Positions 1-9,732 of a stretch of DNA of 35,077 nt are shown here, in pieces; positions within the stretch are counted from its first letter, which is position 1, and each line of letters begins with the position of its first letter. Source of the stretch: Patescibacteria group bacterium (GTDB lineage Bacteria > Patescibacteriota > Patescibacteriia > UBA9934 > GWF2-40-263); contig SCSL01000008.1 of the NCBI GenBank assembly GCA_004298405.1, positions 1 through 35,077 of the forward strand, given 5' to 3'. The notes beneath the pieces are model-generated. The model saw nothing but the letters and a program-made list of their open reading frames with translations. It was not told the DNA's origin and did no database searches. The position numbers were made by a program, and so were the translations under genes.

Positions 1-331
1 GATCATCTGAAAGAGGACGCTGGGTATAGATCTCGTATAGAACAAAGAGTTCGTATTTACTCAATGGAACGCTTGTTTCTTTTTTTCTTGAGAGAGATTC
101 CAACAATGTTAGTTCTTGAGTTTCAATGGCTCTTTTTTCCCATTGATACATCTCAATGCGTAACTTCATCATCTCTTGGTCTAGCGCTTGTTTCTTTTGT
201 TGTGCGCGTTGCTTGTCCGTTTCATCACCAGAAGTTAATGCTTTCTCAAAAGAAACATCAAAATCCTGTTTTAATGAACGGATACGTTCTAGGGAAACCC
301 TTGCCTCTTGGCAGAGATGGTTGTTGGGCAT
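1..331 (-). CDS. hypothetical protein, N-terminal 110 codons (CDS runs off the left edge)
   Basis: Absent from the supplied track because it has no stop inside the window. Reverse-complement reading from ATG at 331..329 stays open to position 1 (MPNNHLCQEARVSLERIRSLKQDFDVSFEKALTSGDETDKQRAQQKKQALDQEMMKLRIEMYQWEKRAIE...). The composition is charged and helical. The two plus-strand track ORFs here (64..333, 156..434) translate to implausible sequence. Confidence 0.4.
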   Translation of the reverse strand, partial: MPNNHLCQEARVSLERIRSLKQDFDVSFEKALTSGDETDKQRAQQKKQALDQEMMKLRIEMYQWEKRAIETQELTLLESLSRKKETSVPLSKYELFVLYEIYTQRPLSDD

Positions 332-398
332 AGTCATTCAAAAGCTAGAGAACCAGCGTGAAAATAATAACAGGAACTTGGGGTGTAGGCCATTTACC

Positions 399-1493
399 TC
401 AGGTTTTTTCATGGTCCCTCACACGGGGGTTTAAAGTTGCAAACCAGGTACTCAAGGGAACCAAAAGAACAAGGGCGCAGGTTCCGGCTAAGGTGCGGAC
501 AACTTCCTCGGCGACGATTTCGTTTTGTAAAAACTCTTGATAGCCACCGAATTGATTCATGAACAGAAGGAAAGCAGGAAGAGCCGCGCCCGCATACACC
601 AAAATGAGTGTATTTACGGCCGAGGCAATATGGTGCCGACCGATACGCATAGCCTTTGTAAAAAGCTCTTTTCGAGTGGTGTGAGGATTTGCAAGAAGCA
701 ACTCTGACACAATTTCTGATTGCGTGATAGCGATATCGTCAAGCACGCCTACCGCACCAAGAATCAATCCTGCCGCAAGAATTCCCACAGGGATCTGCAC
801 AGGATCAAGCTCCCAAAAGAGTAGAGCTCCCTCCTCTGACGCTAGACCGGACAGTCGTGCCACGTTCAAAAAAACGTCTGTGAACACAAGAACGAGCCCA
901 AGTCCTCCCAGCGTGCTGAGGTACGCAAAAAATGTTTGTCGCTTGAATCCATGGGACAGATGCATGTTTACCCCCAAAATGATCGCCGAGGCTACAACCG
1001 TTGCAAGAACGGGATCATTCCCCGCAAGAATGGCAGGAAACAATCCACCAATCAGAATGACAATCGTAATACCAAGACCCAGAAGGGAGAGAAGTCCTCG
1101 AAGCAAGCCAATCGCCAGAGTGATAAGGACGAAAAATCCGATGATCCACCACACGCCTGTCTGTCGTTTTACATCGTCAAGGTACACCTCGATCCCGTCT
1201 TCAACCTCGATCATGCGAAGATAGACTTTATCCCCTGTCTTGAGTTCAAAACCAACTCCCGAGACAAACGAGTCGGCTGTCTCGACAAGGAATTCTTCTC
1301 CGTACGGAGTCTGAGCTTTGAAGATATACTGACGTACACCGCCCTCGAGATCCTCTACGGAGAGTATTTCTATGATGGTCGCTTCGGCCTCACGAGCGGT
1401 GAAACCCTCTTGACCTAACACCGGTGCCGGCATGACAACACAAAAAAAGAAAAAAAGAACGAAAGCAAATTTTTTGTTTGTCTTAGTCACCAT
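399..1493 (-). CDS. YibE/F family multi-pass membrane protein
   Basis: N-terminal signal/TM plus a soluble domain, then a polytopic region with family-typical strings (GLASEEGALLF, GAVGVLDDIAITQSEIV, NPHTTRKELFTKAMRIGRHHIASAVNTLILVYAGAALP). The ATG at 1493 overlaps the mrdA stop by 11 nt. Confidence 0.75.
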   Translation of the reverse strand: MVTKTNKKFAFVLFFFFCVVMPAPVLGQEGFTAREAEATIIEILSVEDLEGGVRQYIFKAQTPYGEEFLVETADSFVSGVGFELKTGDKVYLRMIEVEDGIEVYLDDVKRQTGVWWIIGFFVLITLAIGLLRGLLSLLGLGITIVILIGGLFPAILAGNDPVLATVVASAIILGVNMHLSHGFKRQTFFAYLSTLGGLGLVLVFTDVFLNVARLSGLASEEGALLFWELDPVQIPVGILAAGLILGAVGVLDDIAITQSEIVSELLLANPHTTRKELFTKAMRIGRHHIASAVNTLILVYAGAALPAFLLFMNQFGGYQEFLQNEIVAEEVVRTLAGTCALVLLVPLSTWFATLNPRVRDHEKT

Positions 1494-3438
1494 AAGTAAA
1501 CCACCAATCTAAAATTTGCCGAGCGAGTGGAACTGCCGCGTCGTTGCTCTCTCCTCCTTCCTCAATAAGAACAACAAGGGTGATCGTAGGATTTTCATAG
1601 GGACCAAATCCGGTAAACCAGGAGTGGTAGGGTTCATCGCCTGGCGTTTGTGCTGTCCCCGTTTTCCCTGCGACTGCCTCAGAAAGAGTGCTCATCGATC
1701 TTGCGCTTCCTTCCGTTACGGTTTGTCTCATCCCCTGTCGCACGAGAGACATGGCGAAGGCGTCTAGATCTTTGATACGGACAGGTGGAACATGCGCAAG
1801 AAGATCGGCGCCAAATCCATCTGCTTGCTCGACCATGTACGGGGTTATCTTTGATCCACCGTTTGCGACAACGGCTGTTGCAACGGCCATCTGCAAAGGA
1901 GTTGTAAGAAAATCCCCTTGTCCAATCGCAAGATGGTAGGTATCTCCAACATACCACCTCTCCCCTTTTACGTCCTGCTTCCATTCCTTTGATGGAAGAA
2001 ATCCATCCGCTTCATTTGGAAGGTCAATCCCCGTTGTGGATCCAAAGCCAAACCTACCCGCATAGTCCGTAATACGTTCTACACCCAGACCCGTCACCGC
2101 ATCAAATCCGCCTCCAACGATGTAGAAATACGTATTCACCGACTGAGCGAGCGCTTTGCGAACATCCGTCACTCCATGCCCGCCTGCTTTCCAGTCTGGA
2201 AAAAACCATTGCCCAATGCGTAGTCCACCTGTGGAGACAAAGGAGGTATGCTCCCCCACAATTCCCTCCGCCAGCGCCGCGTAGGCGATCACTGGTTTTA
2301 ATGTAGATCCTGAAGGAAATTCCCCTGAGATGGCTCGAAAAAACAATGGTTGATCCTCGTTCTCAACCAAACGCGTGTACCGATCCTGAGAAATTCCATC
2401 CGTAAATTCATTCGCGTCGTAGCTTGGCAGACTCACAAGAGCGCGGACCGCTCCTGTTTGAGGGTCTAATGCCACGACTGATCCTCGAGAAGCTCCAACC
2501 CGTTCAAACGTCGCCTGCATCTGCGTCTCGATAAATTTTTGAAACTCAACATTGAGACTTAACGTCACATTGGATCCCAGAACAGAATCCTCTTTTGAGA
2601 GGATCGATAATTTTTCGCCGAGGGCGTCAACTTCGTACACAAGCCTGCCAGGAACACCTCTGAGAAGCTCCTCATAGGTACGTTCCAGTCCTGTCTTTCC
2701 AATGGAATCAATGGGACGATACCCTTCCCCTTTATGCGCTTCGAAATCCGCTTCACTCAGCGCCCCGGTGTATCCCAAGACATGCGAAAGTGAGGGGGCG
2801 GAGGAATCATAGATACGCTTCGTTCGAGTTGTCAGGGAAAAGCCTGGCAAATCAGAAACTTCAATCGCTAAACGGATGGCGGATTCATAGGGAAGATTGT
2901 CCACAATGGGAATCGGATCAAACGGATGGGTGCTGTACTGGGACAAAAGGAGATCAAGATCCGTTGGCTGTACTCCGATAAGATTTGCGACTCGACCAAA
3001 CAAGGCATGACGTTGTTCTTCTTCTGGAAGATCGGCTAGGGTCATCGTGAGCACAAACGCTGGTTCATTCCACGCCAGAGGAATGCCTGTGGAATCATAG
3101 ATGCGTCCGCGAGCTGGAAGGAGGAGATCGGTCCGCTCCTTATTCTCACTTGATAGTGTGGAATAATGTTGGCCTTGAACAATTTGAACATGAGCTGACC
3201 GTCCAAAAAAAACGGCGACAACCACGATCATCAATCCCCATCCTAACCGAATACGTCGATGATTGATGGAGGTGGACAACGGAACCGGACCTCGATTTTG
3301 ACGTGCATCTTGATGGGATGGAAGAGACAAAAAGTGTTCAAGATCGGAGTCAGAAGAATCTCCCGTAATCATACCATACCTGCCGTCTTGTTGGAGACGG
3401 AAGAGTGTATCGGAAGATGATCGTTTACGTCCGAACAT
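1483..3438 (-). CDS. mrdA: penicillin-binding protein 2 (elongasome transpeptidase)
   Basis: SxxK (GSTLKP), SxN (SVN) and KTG (KTGTA) motifs occur in order. It has one N-terminal TM helix and lies directly downstream of mreBCD. The track start is TTG at 3453; I prefer ATG at 3438 (MFGRKRSS...), 1 nt after the mreD TAA. Confidence 0.85.
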   Translation of the reverse strand: MFGRKRSSSDTLFRLQQDGRYGMITGDSSDSDLEHFLSLPSHQDARQNRGPVPLSTSINHRRIRLGWGLMIVVVAVFFGRSAHVQIVQGQHYSTLSSENKERTDLLLPARGRIYDSTGIPLAWNEPAFVLTMTLADLPEEEQRHALFGRVANLIGVQPTDLDLLLSQYSTHPFDPIPIVDNLPYESAIRLAIEVSDLPGFSLTTRTKRIYDSSAPSLSHVLGYTGALSEADFEAHKGEGYRPIDSIGKTGLERTYEELLRGVPGRLVYEVDALGEKLSILSKEDSVLGSNVTLSLNVEFQKFIETQMQATFERVGASRGSVVALDPQTGAVRALVSLPSYDANEFTDGISQDRYTRLVENEDQPLFFRAISGEFPSGSTLKPVIAYAALAEGIVGEHTSFVSTGGLRIGQWFFPDWKAGGHGVTDVRKALAQSVNTYFYIVGGGFDAVTGLGVERITDYAGRFGFGSTTGIDLPNEADGFLPSKEWKQDVKGERWYVGDTYHLAIGQGDFLTTPLQMAVATAVVANGGSKITPYMVEQADGFGADLLAHVPPVRIKDLDAFAMSLVRQGMRQTVTEGSARSMSTLSEAVAGKTGTAQTPGDEPYHSWFTGFGPYENPTITLVVLIEEGGESNDAAVPLARQILDWWFTYGD

Positions 3439-3439
3439 A

Positions 3440-3958
3440 TTAGATCCTATCAAGGAAAAGTTGTTTCACCCACACCTGGATACGACGCAACGGAGGGAAA
3501 ACGAACAGAAGCAGCAAACAGGCAAAAAACACGGCCCACAAATTTACAGTCAAAACAGACCTCCACAAAAAGGGGGCTGAGGTGAACACATGCGAAAGAG
3601 CTCGTATCGATACTTCTGATACCGTCAGCACGGTCAGACACAGGATCGAGGTTGCCGCCATGCCATAGAAAGATCGATTCGTAAACACATGGGCAACCAA
3701 GAGCATCATAGTTCCTGTGAGCAAGGTGTAAGAAAAAACTTCAAGGGGGGCATGGGAAATCGAAAGCACATCAAGAACAATTCCGTAGCAGACAAGCCAC
3801 CACCAAGATGACGTTTGATTTTGATATTGGTACAGATAGATCGTGACAACCAGAACAAACGGGATACGATCAAATGGATACGGCAGGGCATGAATGAAAC
3901 TTACCTGAATGGTGAACAGGAGGAGTAAAAAGACAATATGAAGCAGAATTCGAATCAT
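3440..3958 (-). CDS. mreD: rod shape-determining protein MreD
   Basis: 172-aa, entirely hydrophobic multi-TM protein. Its ATG overlaps the mreC stop (ATGA at 3955-3958), and it occupies the canonical position between mreC and mrdA. The call rests mainly on context. Confidence 0.6.
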   Translation of the reverse strand: MIRILLHIVFLLLLFTIQVSFIHALPYPFDRIPFVLVVTIYLYQYQNQTSSWWWLVCYGIVLDVLSISHAPLEVFSYTLLTGTMMLLVAHVFTNRSFYGMAATSILCLTVLTVSEVSIRALSHVFTSAPFLWRSVLTVNLWAVFFACLLLLFVFPPLRRIQVWVKQLFLDRI

Positions 3959-4764
3959 GGTTGAGAGTCAGGGGACGTAAGCACAAGGACAAGAGAGAGC
4001 CGACGAATGTCGGTAAGGGGTTCAACAATCGCCTGTTGAAACGGTGATCCTGTTTCCTGCTGAACGGTGTTGACGACACCCACAAGCAGACCACTTGGAA
4101 TCAGGGACTCAAGACCTGAGGTAACAACCAGGTCATTCTCTCCAATGGTCTCATCCGTTGGGATGAACTCAATTTTCAGCAAGTCTCCAACGGAGCCAGT
4201 GGCAACGCCGATCGTTCGACTTTCGTTCAACAGACTCACCGCAATGGAATGTGTGGGATCTGTGATGGCACTCACCGTTGCTGAATGCGCTCCCAATTCG
4301 ACGATTTTCCCGACAAATATTCCCTCCCCGGAAACAACCGCTGACCCAAGTTGTACTCCCTCTGACGACCCGACATCGATAATGAATCGATTCATCGAAT
4401 GAGAAATACTTTTTGCCAGGACACGCGCGGAAACATACGGAGTCCCAGAACGTTCAACAAACGAAAGTTCTTTCTTGAGAAGTTCATTTTCTTCCCGCAA
4501 CTCTTCGAACGCCTGAGCATCAATGGCAAGTTGTCGACGGTCATCGTAAAGATCCTCAAGCGCTTCCGCAGAAATGGTTTTACTCTCTTGCCACCAAAAT
4601 ACATTGTCTGAAATCCAGGATCCAAGGGCAGAAAGAGGCGCGGCAATGGGCCGCATGACCATCGTTAACAGACCTTGAAAAGAAAAAAAGAGAGCGACAA
4701 GAATCATGCCAAACAGAGTGATCCACCGACGAAAGCGCTTCCTTCCTGTGGCGCTTGGTTTCAT
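3955..4764 (-). CDS. mreC: rod shape-determining protein MreC
   Basis: N-terminal TM, a coiled-coil segment (FEELREENELLKKEL) and a C-terminal beta domain with LVVTSGLESLIPSGLLVGVV. The track start at 4863 lies inside mreB; I prefer ATG at 4764 (MKPSATGRKRF...). Confidence 0.8.
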   Translation of the reverse strand: MKPSATGRKRFRRWITLFGMILVALFFSFQGLLTMVMRPIAAPLSALGSWISDNVFWWQESKTISAEALEDLYDDRRQLAIDAQAFEELREENELLKKELSFVERSGTPYVSARVLAKSISHSMNRFIIDVGSSEGVQLGSAVVSGEGIFVGKIVELGAHSATVSAITDPTHSIAVSLLNESRTIGVATGSVGDLLKIEFIPTDETIGENDLVVTSGLESLIPSGLLVGVVNTVQQETGSPFQQAIVEPLTDIRRLSLVLVLTSPDSQP

Positions 4765-4771
4765 AGGTAGT

Positions 4772-5824
4772 TTAGATAATGCTTCCCTCCGTCGCAGACG
4801 GAAGTGAAATATCCTTAAGCAATTGTGGATCCTCCAGAAGCAATCCCGCCCCCCGTACCACACAGGTCAACGGATCATCAGCAACACGAACCGGAATGGC
4901 CGCCTGCCGTGAGATGAGTGTATCCATGCCGCGCAACAAGGCCCCCCCTCCCGTCAGGACGATCCCACGCTCGTAAATATCAGCAACCAATTCCGGGGGG
5001 GTTGTTTCAATGGTTGCTTTAATATTTTCAACAATCGTTCGAACAGAGCGCTGAATAGCCTCACGCACTTGTGAGTCATTGATAATGATCTCTCTTGGAA
5101 GTCCGGTAAGCAGGTCTCGCCCACGCATCTCGATCTCCAATGGTTCCTCGGGTTCAATCGCTGTTCCAATCCGCATCTTCAACCGCTCAGCAATTCGTTC
5201 ACCTAAAAGAAGATTGAACGTATCTCGCGCGTATTGAATAATATTTTTGTTCATCTCCTCTCCGGCAATATCCAAAGACTTCCACGTGACCACGCCGGCA
5301 AGTGAAAGAACGGCAATTTCTGTTGTTCCACCACCAATATCAACAACCATCATTCCAACAGATTCGGAAAGAGGAAGACGCGCTCCAAGAGCCGCTAAGA
5401 GTGGATTCTCAACGAGATGAACCTTCCTAGCTCCAGCAGAAAGTGCCGCGTCCTCGATGGCTTTACGCTCGACTTCCGTTGTCTCAAGAGGAACGCCTAT
5501 CACCACACTGGGCCTGGGAACAATAGTGAAGGATTCATCGTGAACCTTGTCGATGAAAAATTTAAGCATTTTCTCTGTCACTTCAAAGTCTGAAATGACG
5601 CCTTTAGAAAGAGGTTTGGTAATCTGAATGTGTGGAGGGGTCTTCCCAAGCATGTCTTTGGCATCTTTTCCCACAGAAAGAATTTGATCCGTACGCAAAT
5701 TCACTGCCACGATAGATGGCTCATTTATCACAATACCTCCGTCTCGGGAGTAGACGAGCGTGTTGGATGTTCCAAGGTCAATACCCAGGTCTTTTGAAAA
5801 TCTTCCCAAGAGCTTGTTGAACAT
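4772..5824 (-). CDS. mreB: actin-like rod shape-determining protein MreB
   Basis: Phosphate-1 motif GIDLGTSNTLVY, then VVDIGGGTTEIAV and GIVLTGGGALLRG; 350 aa full length. Confidence 0.95.
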   Translation of the reverse strand: MFNKLLGRFSKDLGIDLGTSNTLVYSRDGGIVINEPSIVAVNLRTDQILSVGKDAKDMLGKTPPHIQITKPLSKGVISDFEVTEKMLKFFIDKVHDESFTIVPRPSVVIGVPLETTEVERKAIEDAALSAGARKVHLVENPLLAALGARLPLSESVGMMVVDIGGGTTEIAVLSLAGVVTWKSLDIAGEEMNKNIIQYARDTFNLLLGERIAERLKMRIGTAIEPEEPLEIEMRGRDLLTGLPREIIINDSQVREAIQRSVRTIVENIKATIETTPPELVADIYERGIVLTGGGALLRGMDTLISRQAAIPVRVADDPLTCVVRGAGLLLEDPQLLKDISLPSATEGSII

Positions 5825-5902
5825 ACAAAAAAGAGGCTTTGAAACCTCATTCTAGCAGGGCATGCATAGGTGAGCAAGGTTGTTCTTGGACAGTTTTAGT
5901 GT

Positions 5903-6280
5903 TCAGGAGTGACGTGACGAAAGAAACGCCAATTCGACAAAAGCGAAGATGACAACCACAAGAAGCATCGTCCACCACCGGAACCATCCTTGAGAAAAAA
6001 GGATCAAAGAACTCGTAAAAAGGAGGGTCAAAAGAATTCCCTGACGAAACGAACGCAACGCCATCCGTGATGGGAGCTCTGTGCGGGAATGCCAGAGACG
6101 CACTAATAGGCCAAGCAGGGAAATCGTTCCAAACAACGCCATGAGAAACGTCAGATAAAAAAGCAGAAAACCAAGAATTCCCGATCGGGTCGGATCAACT
6201 CCGTTCAGCACCACCGCCCACGCAATCCAGGCGATGACGGTGGCCAGCGTCATCAAGATGAGATAGCTACGAAAACTCAT
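5903..6280 (-). CDS. hypothetical small membrane protein (about 4 TM)
   Basis: Hydrophobic ORF. The track start is TTG at 6322; I prefer ATG at 6280 (MSFRSYLILMTL...). I recognise no family. Confidence 0.4.
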   Translation of the reverse strand: MSFRSYLILMTLATVIAWIAWAVVLNGVDPTRSGILGFLLFYLTFLMALFGTISLLGLLVRLWHSRTELPSRMALRSFRQGILLTLLFTSSLILFSQGWFRWWTMLLVVVIFAFVELAFLSSRHS

Positions 6281-6596
6281 ATCGAGAAGGTTCCTTGGAA
6301 ATAACCGTTTGAATCCGATCAATCGGGATGGAAGGAAACTCTTGACGAAGTTTCGTAAGAAGCTCTTGTTCCATCCCTCCTAGGCCATGTCGTGCGGCGG
6401 CGCTCTTCACGCGCAATCGAAGGACGCCACTCTTAAATGAGATCGCGACAATTTCGAAAGCTTGCATTCCAGGAAGATATCCTGGAATCATCCGATTTGC
6501 GGACTCAACAACCATGGCGGCATGAATAGATCGTCGAACCCCAGGACGGTTGAACGCGGAACCTGAGAGGAGATCTCGCATCGAAGATAGACCCAT
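6267..6596 (-). CDS. DUF721 (DciA-like) family protein
   Basis: 109 aa. The core ISFKSGVLRLRVKSAAARHGLGGMEQELLTKLRQEFP resembles the DUF721 pattern (...G.L.v.v.s.aw..el......ll..l). Recognised by eye only. Confidence 0.45.
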   Translation of the reverse strand: MGLSSMRDLLSGSAFNRPGVRRSIHAAMVVESANRMIPGYLPGMQAFEIVAISFKSGVLRLRVKSAAARHGLGGMEQELLTKLRQEFPSIPIDRIQTVISKEPSRYEFS

Positions 6597-6664
6597 AGCA
6601 AAAACATTATACCAAATATCACAGAGAACTCTTCGGTCGAGGGTCGAATGCTCGCTCCAAAAAT

Positions 6665-6709
6665 CATAACCACCCCTAGCCCCTCCTTAAAAAGGAGGGG
6701 AACCGGAAT
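6665..6709. repeat. hairpin repeat family 2, short copy (CATAACCACCCCTAGCCCC-TCCTTAAAAAGGAGGGG-AACCGGAAT)
   Basis: Contains the perfect palindrome CCCCTCCTT-AAAA-AGGAGGGG. Its flanks match the copy at 20198-20277. It lies between the helicase stop and the DUF721-like start. Confidence 0.8.
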
Positions 6710-6711
6710 CT

Positions 6712-9648
6712 CTACTGTCTGAATTCACAGATGTCGGCAAAGTCACAAAACTGACAATGGAATCCTGGGGTCGGAGTAAATGTTGAAGTGCGGATTGTTT
6801 GGACGCGTTCAACAATTGACTCTTGAAGGTCCAGAAGCTGATCATCCGTTCCCAGGAACGACACCTGACTGTTGTCGCTTAGATAGTAATACGTCAACCG
6901 TTTTGGGATCAGCCCAAGCACGTCACGTGCGGCCAACTGGTAGAGCAATAATTGTTCCTTGCCCTCCTTGGTGAGTTCGGTTTTCGGAGAACCTGTTTTG
7001 TAATCGATGATCTCAATCCCCTCTTCAAACCGATCAATACGATCAATACGACCCTTCACCACAATATCTCCAAACTTCATCGTGAACCCCTGTTCGATCG
7101 CCAAGGGGTCAGGTCTCAACTCGTCTAGTTTTTGATAAAAACCTTTTAATGAGTCAAGTCCCTCTTTGCGATACTCCTCTCGTTGTCGATCATTGATGAA
7201 CCAATCGTCCTGCCAGCAGGCGTGATACGCCTCCTCTAACTCCTTCCACGAAACCGGAACTTCTTGCTCAGCGGACGCGGGGATCGTACCAAACAGTGAC
7301 GACTGTTGTGACCCGTTCCGTTCGAGCCACAAGGTGAAAAACCTTTGAAGCGTGTTGTGCATCGTTTTTCCGTAGGAGAACGTCCACTTCCCCATCACAG
7401 GAACCTTCAGCACGTGCGCAAATTTATACTGCCATGGGCATGTTTTGAAGGCCGCAAGCTGTGTGAATGAAAACTGCTTTGGGATCGGAAACGTCGTACG
7501 GTCTTCTGCGGGAGGTTGTCCTTGTTCTTCGTCGAATAATTCCAGTGTCTCTCGCGCGATGTTTGGTGACTCATATCCAAGCTCGTGCAAAAACCTCGAG
7601 AGCTTACGCGCGCGGGTGCCACCATAATTTTCCGCCGAAGTGAAATAGAGTCCTTGCTTGGCTCGCGTCATGGCCACATAGAACAGTCTCCGCTCCTCTT
7701 CCAAATGCGCATCTTTATCGTTCGCCGGGCTTGAACCAAGTCCCTCGGGAAGCGGAATCGCATCATTTTTTTGGTTTGTCGGAAATCGTTGTGCAATAAG
7801 ATTCACAACAAACACATGTTTGAACTCAAGTCCCTTGGCCGCATGCACCGTCATGATCCGAACCATATCAGGACCCGCCTCCAGATCAATAGACAAAGAT
7901 CCTTCTTCACCGGCATCCCGTTCATGTGCAAACTCCTCAAGAAAATGGTGAAGGACAGGATGATCACTGCGCCGCTCAAATGACTTCAACCGCTGATAGA
8001 ATTGCTGGAGATAACTAAAGCTGTCGAGTTTTTTCTGCTCAGAAAGCGTGTTGAGGTATTCAAGGTAACCAGATTGTTTCGCCACGATCACAAACATCTC
8101 CCCCACGGGTCGTGTTCGAGCTGATCGCTGGAACTCGGTGAGCTGTTCAAGGATCCGATGGATCGTCTGCTGATCCTCGGCAGGGATCTGCGAAATTGAC
8201 CCCGCTTGTTCGCACGCTTCAAAGAGAGACTTCCCTTTGCGTTGGGCCCACTGATTCAACTCCAGAATGCTCCTCTCACTCACCCCGACGATCTTGCTCG
8301 TAAGCAAGCGATAAAAACTGGGGCTATCAAATGGATGATCGATCACGCGCAGATAGGCCATGAGGTCGAGCACGGCGGGTTTGGTATAGAGCCCAGAGAG
8401 CGCCAAAAATTGGTACGGAATTTTGTGTCGCTCAAGCGCAACAGCAAAATCCATTCCCGCCGCGTTGGAACGCACAAGGATGGCAAAATCGCTCCAGTCC
8501 GTATCCGCTTGCGCTTTGAGCTCGACGATACGTTCCACCACACGTGCCACTTCCTCCGTGGCCGTAAGCGCATGGATATGCTCGATCTGTGCCGTTGATT
8601 CATTGACGGCTGAAAGTTTTTTTGAAAGTTGACGTTCAACCGCCGCTTCCAGTCGGTTGGGATTGTTGTGCTGAATGAACGCGTGCGCACGATCAAGAAT
8701 TTCTTGCGCTGAACGATAATTCTTTGTGAGCACCACACGTTTGGCATCGGCAAAGTCATGTTCAAAGCGCAAAATATTGGCAAGCGATGCCCCGCGAAAT
8801 TTATAAATCGATTGATCATCGTCCCCCACGACCGTGAGGTTACGCCTGGGTTCTGCCAGAAGCTTTACAATTTCATACTGCGCATCGTTGGTGTCTTGAA
8901 ATTCATCCACGAGAACAAATTTGTACCGCGCACGGATCTGGTCGCGCACCGCTGGTCGAGTTCTCAGCAGTTTAAGTGTGTAAAGCATCAAGTCTCCAAA
9001 GTCGAGGGCGTCATTCTCCAGAAGGATGTGTTGATACGTGGCATACGCACGAGCGAGTTCTTGAAGTCTGTTCATCTCGCTGGTGACAGAGGCATCCGCT
9101 TGTGCGGAATCGAAATCCGCGCGCTTCTCTTCAGCGAATGTTGCATACGCATCAGGATCGATGCCGACGTCCTTCGCTCGCGAAAAATGCGTAAGCAAAG
9201 AACGAATATACTTCGTTGGATTGCCTAGCGGGCGATAATAGTCTAATTCAAAACGATCAAAATTTTGACGAGCCAACAGCCACGCGTCGAGCTCGGTCAT
9301 CAATCGAAAATCTCGAGAGAGCCCAAGCTCAGCCCCATACTGCCGGAGTAATTTTTCTGCGAAAGAATGAAATGTCGAAATTTGCAGATCGACATATCCG
9401 TACGGTAACAATCGATCGACGCGCTCCTCCATTTCTCCTGAGGCCTTATCGGTAAACGTAAGCGCTAAAATCTCCTCAGGTTTGGCATGACCCTGATCAA
9501 TGAGCCAGGCAATACGATGTGTGACAACGGTCGTTTTTCCTGTTCCCGCACCAGCGACAATCATCAAAGGTCCCTCCACGTGGGTCACGGCCTCACGTTG
9601 CTCATTATTCAATTTACTCAGCAAATCTTCACTCATAGACGTGCTCAT
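6712..9648 (-). CDS. UvrD/PcrA-family helicase fused to a C-terminal PD-(D/E)xK (Cas4/AddB-like, 4-Cys) nuclease
   Basis: Walker A AGAGTGKT, motif II VLVDEFQDT, then TVHAAKGLEF and YVAMTRAK. The C-terminal ~250 aa contain CPWQYKF ... GRIDRIDR ... IEIIDYKTG ... LLLYQLA ... CQFCDFADIC. The track start at 9711 is an upstream extension. I prefer ATG at 9648 or 9636 (MSTSMSEDLLSKLNNEQ...). Confidence 0.85.
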   Translation of the reverse strand: MSTSMSEDLLSKLNNEQREAVTHVEGPLMIVAGAGTGKTTVVTHRIAWLIDQGHAKPEEILALTFTDKASGEMEERVDRLLPYGYVDLQISTFHSFAEKLLRQYGAELGLSRDFRLMTELDAWLLARQNFDRFELDYYRPLGNPTKYIRSLLTHFSRAKDVGIDPDAYATFAEEKRADFDSAQADASVTSEMNRLQELARAYATYQHILLENDALDFGDLMLYTLKLLRTRPAVRDQIRARYKFVLVDEFQDTNDAQYEIVKLLAEPRRNLTVVGDDDQSIYKFRGASLANILRFEHDFADAKRVVLTKNYRSAQEILDRAHAFIQHNNPNRLEAAVERQLSKKLSAVNESTAQIEHIHALTATEEVARVVERIVELKAQADTDWSDFAILVRSNAAGMDFAVALERHKIPYQFLALSGLYTKPAVLDLMAYLRVIDHPFDSPSFYRLLTSKIVGVSERSILELNQWAQRKGKSLFEACEQAGSISQIPAEDQQTIHRILEQLTEFQRSARTRPVGEMFVIVAKQSGYLEYLNTLSEQKKLDSFSYLQQFYQRLKSFERRSDHPVLHHFLEEFAHERDAGEEGSLSIDLEAGPDMVRIMTVHAAKGLEFKHVFVVNLIAQRFPTNQKNDAIPLPEGLGSSPANDKDAHLEEERRLFYVAMTRAKQGLYFTSAENYGGTRARKLSRFLHELGYESPNIARETLELFDEEQGQPPAEDRTTFPIPKQFSFTQLAAFKTCPWQYKFAHVLKVPVMGKWTFSYGKTMHNTLQRFFTLWLERNGSQQSSLFGTIPASAEQEVPVSWKELEEAYHACWQDDWFINDRQREEYRKEGLDSLKGFYQKLDELRPDPLAIEQGFTMKFGDIVVKGRIDRIDRFEEGIEIIDYKTGSPKTELTKEGKEQLLLYQLAARDVLGLIPKRLTYYYLSDNSQVSFLGTDDQLLDLQESIVERVQTIRTSTFTPTPGFHCQFCDFADICEFRQ

Positions 9649-9674
9649 AATAGCACAAATATCTCGAATAAGGG

Positions 9675-9703
9675 TTGACATTTTAGCAAAATTGAGATAA
9701 AGA
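9675..9703 (+). promoter_or_regulatory. candidate sigma70-type promoter of the vWA-FHA cassette (TTGACA - 17 nt - TAAAGA)
   Basis: Perfect -35 box, 17-nt spacer and weak -10, about 30 nt upstream of ATG 9733, in the divergent spacer shared with the helicase gene. Confidence 0.3.
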
Positions 9704-9732
9704 ATGTGCACCGTTTAACAGGTGGAGGTCAC

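Noticed and set aside
6488-6673. 61-aa ORF starting within repeat family 2 (MVMIFGASIRP...)
   Set aside because: It overlaps the DUF721-like gene out of frame, and its start is contributed by the repeat itself. I recognise nothing in the product.
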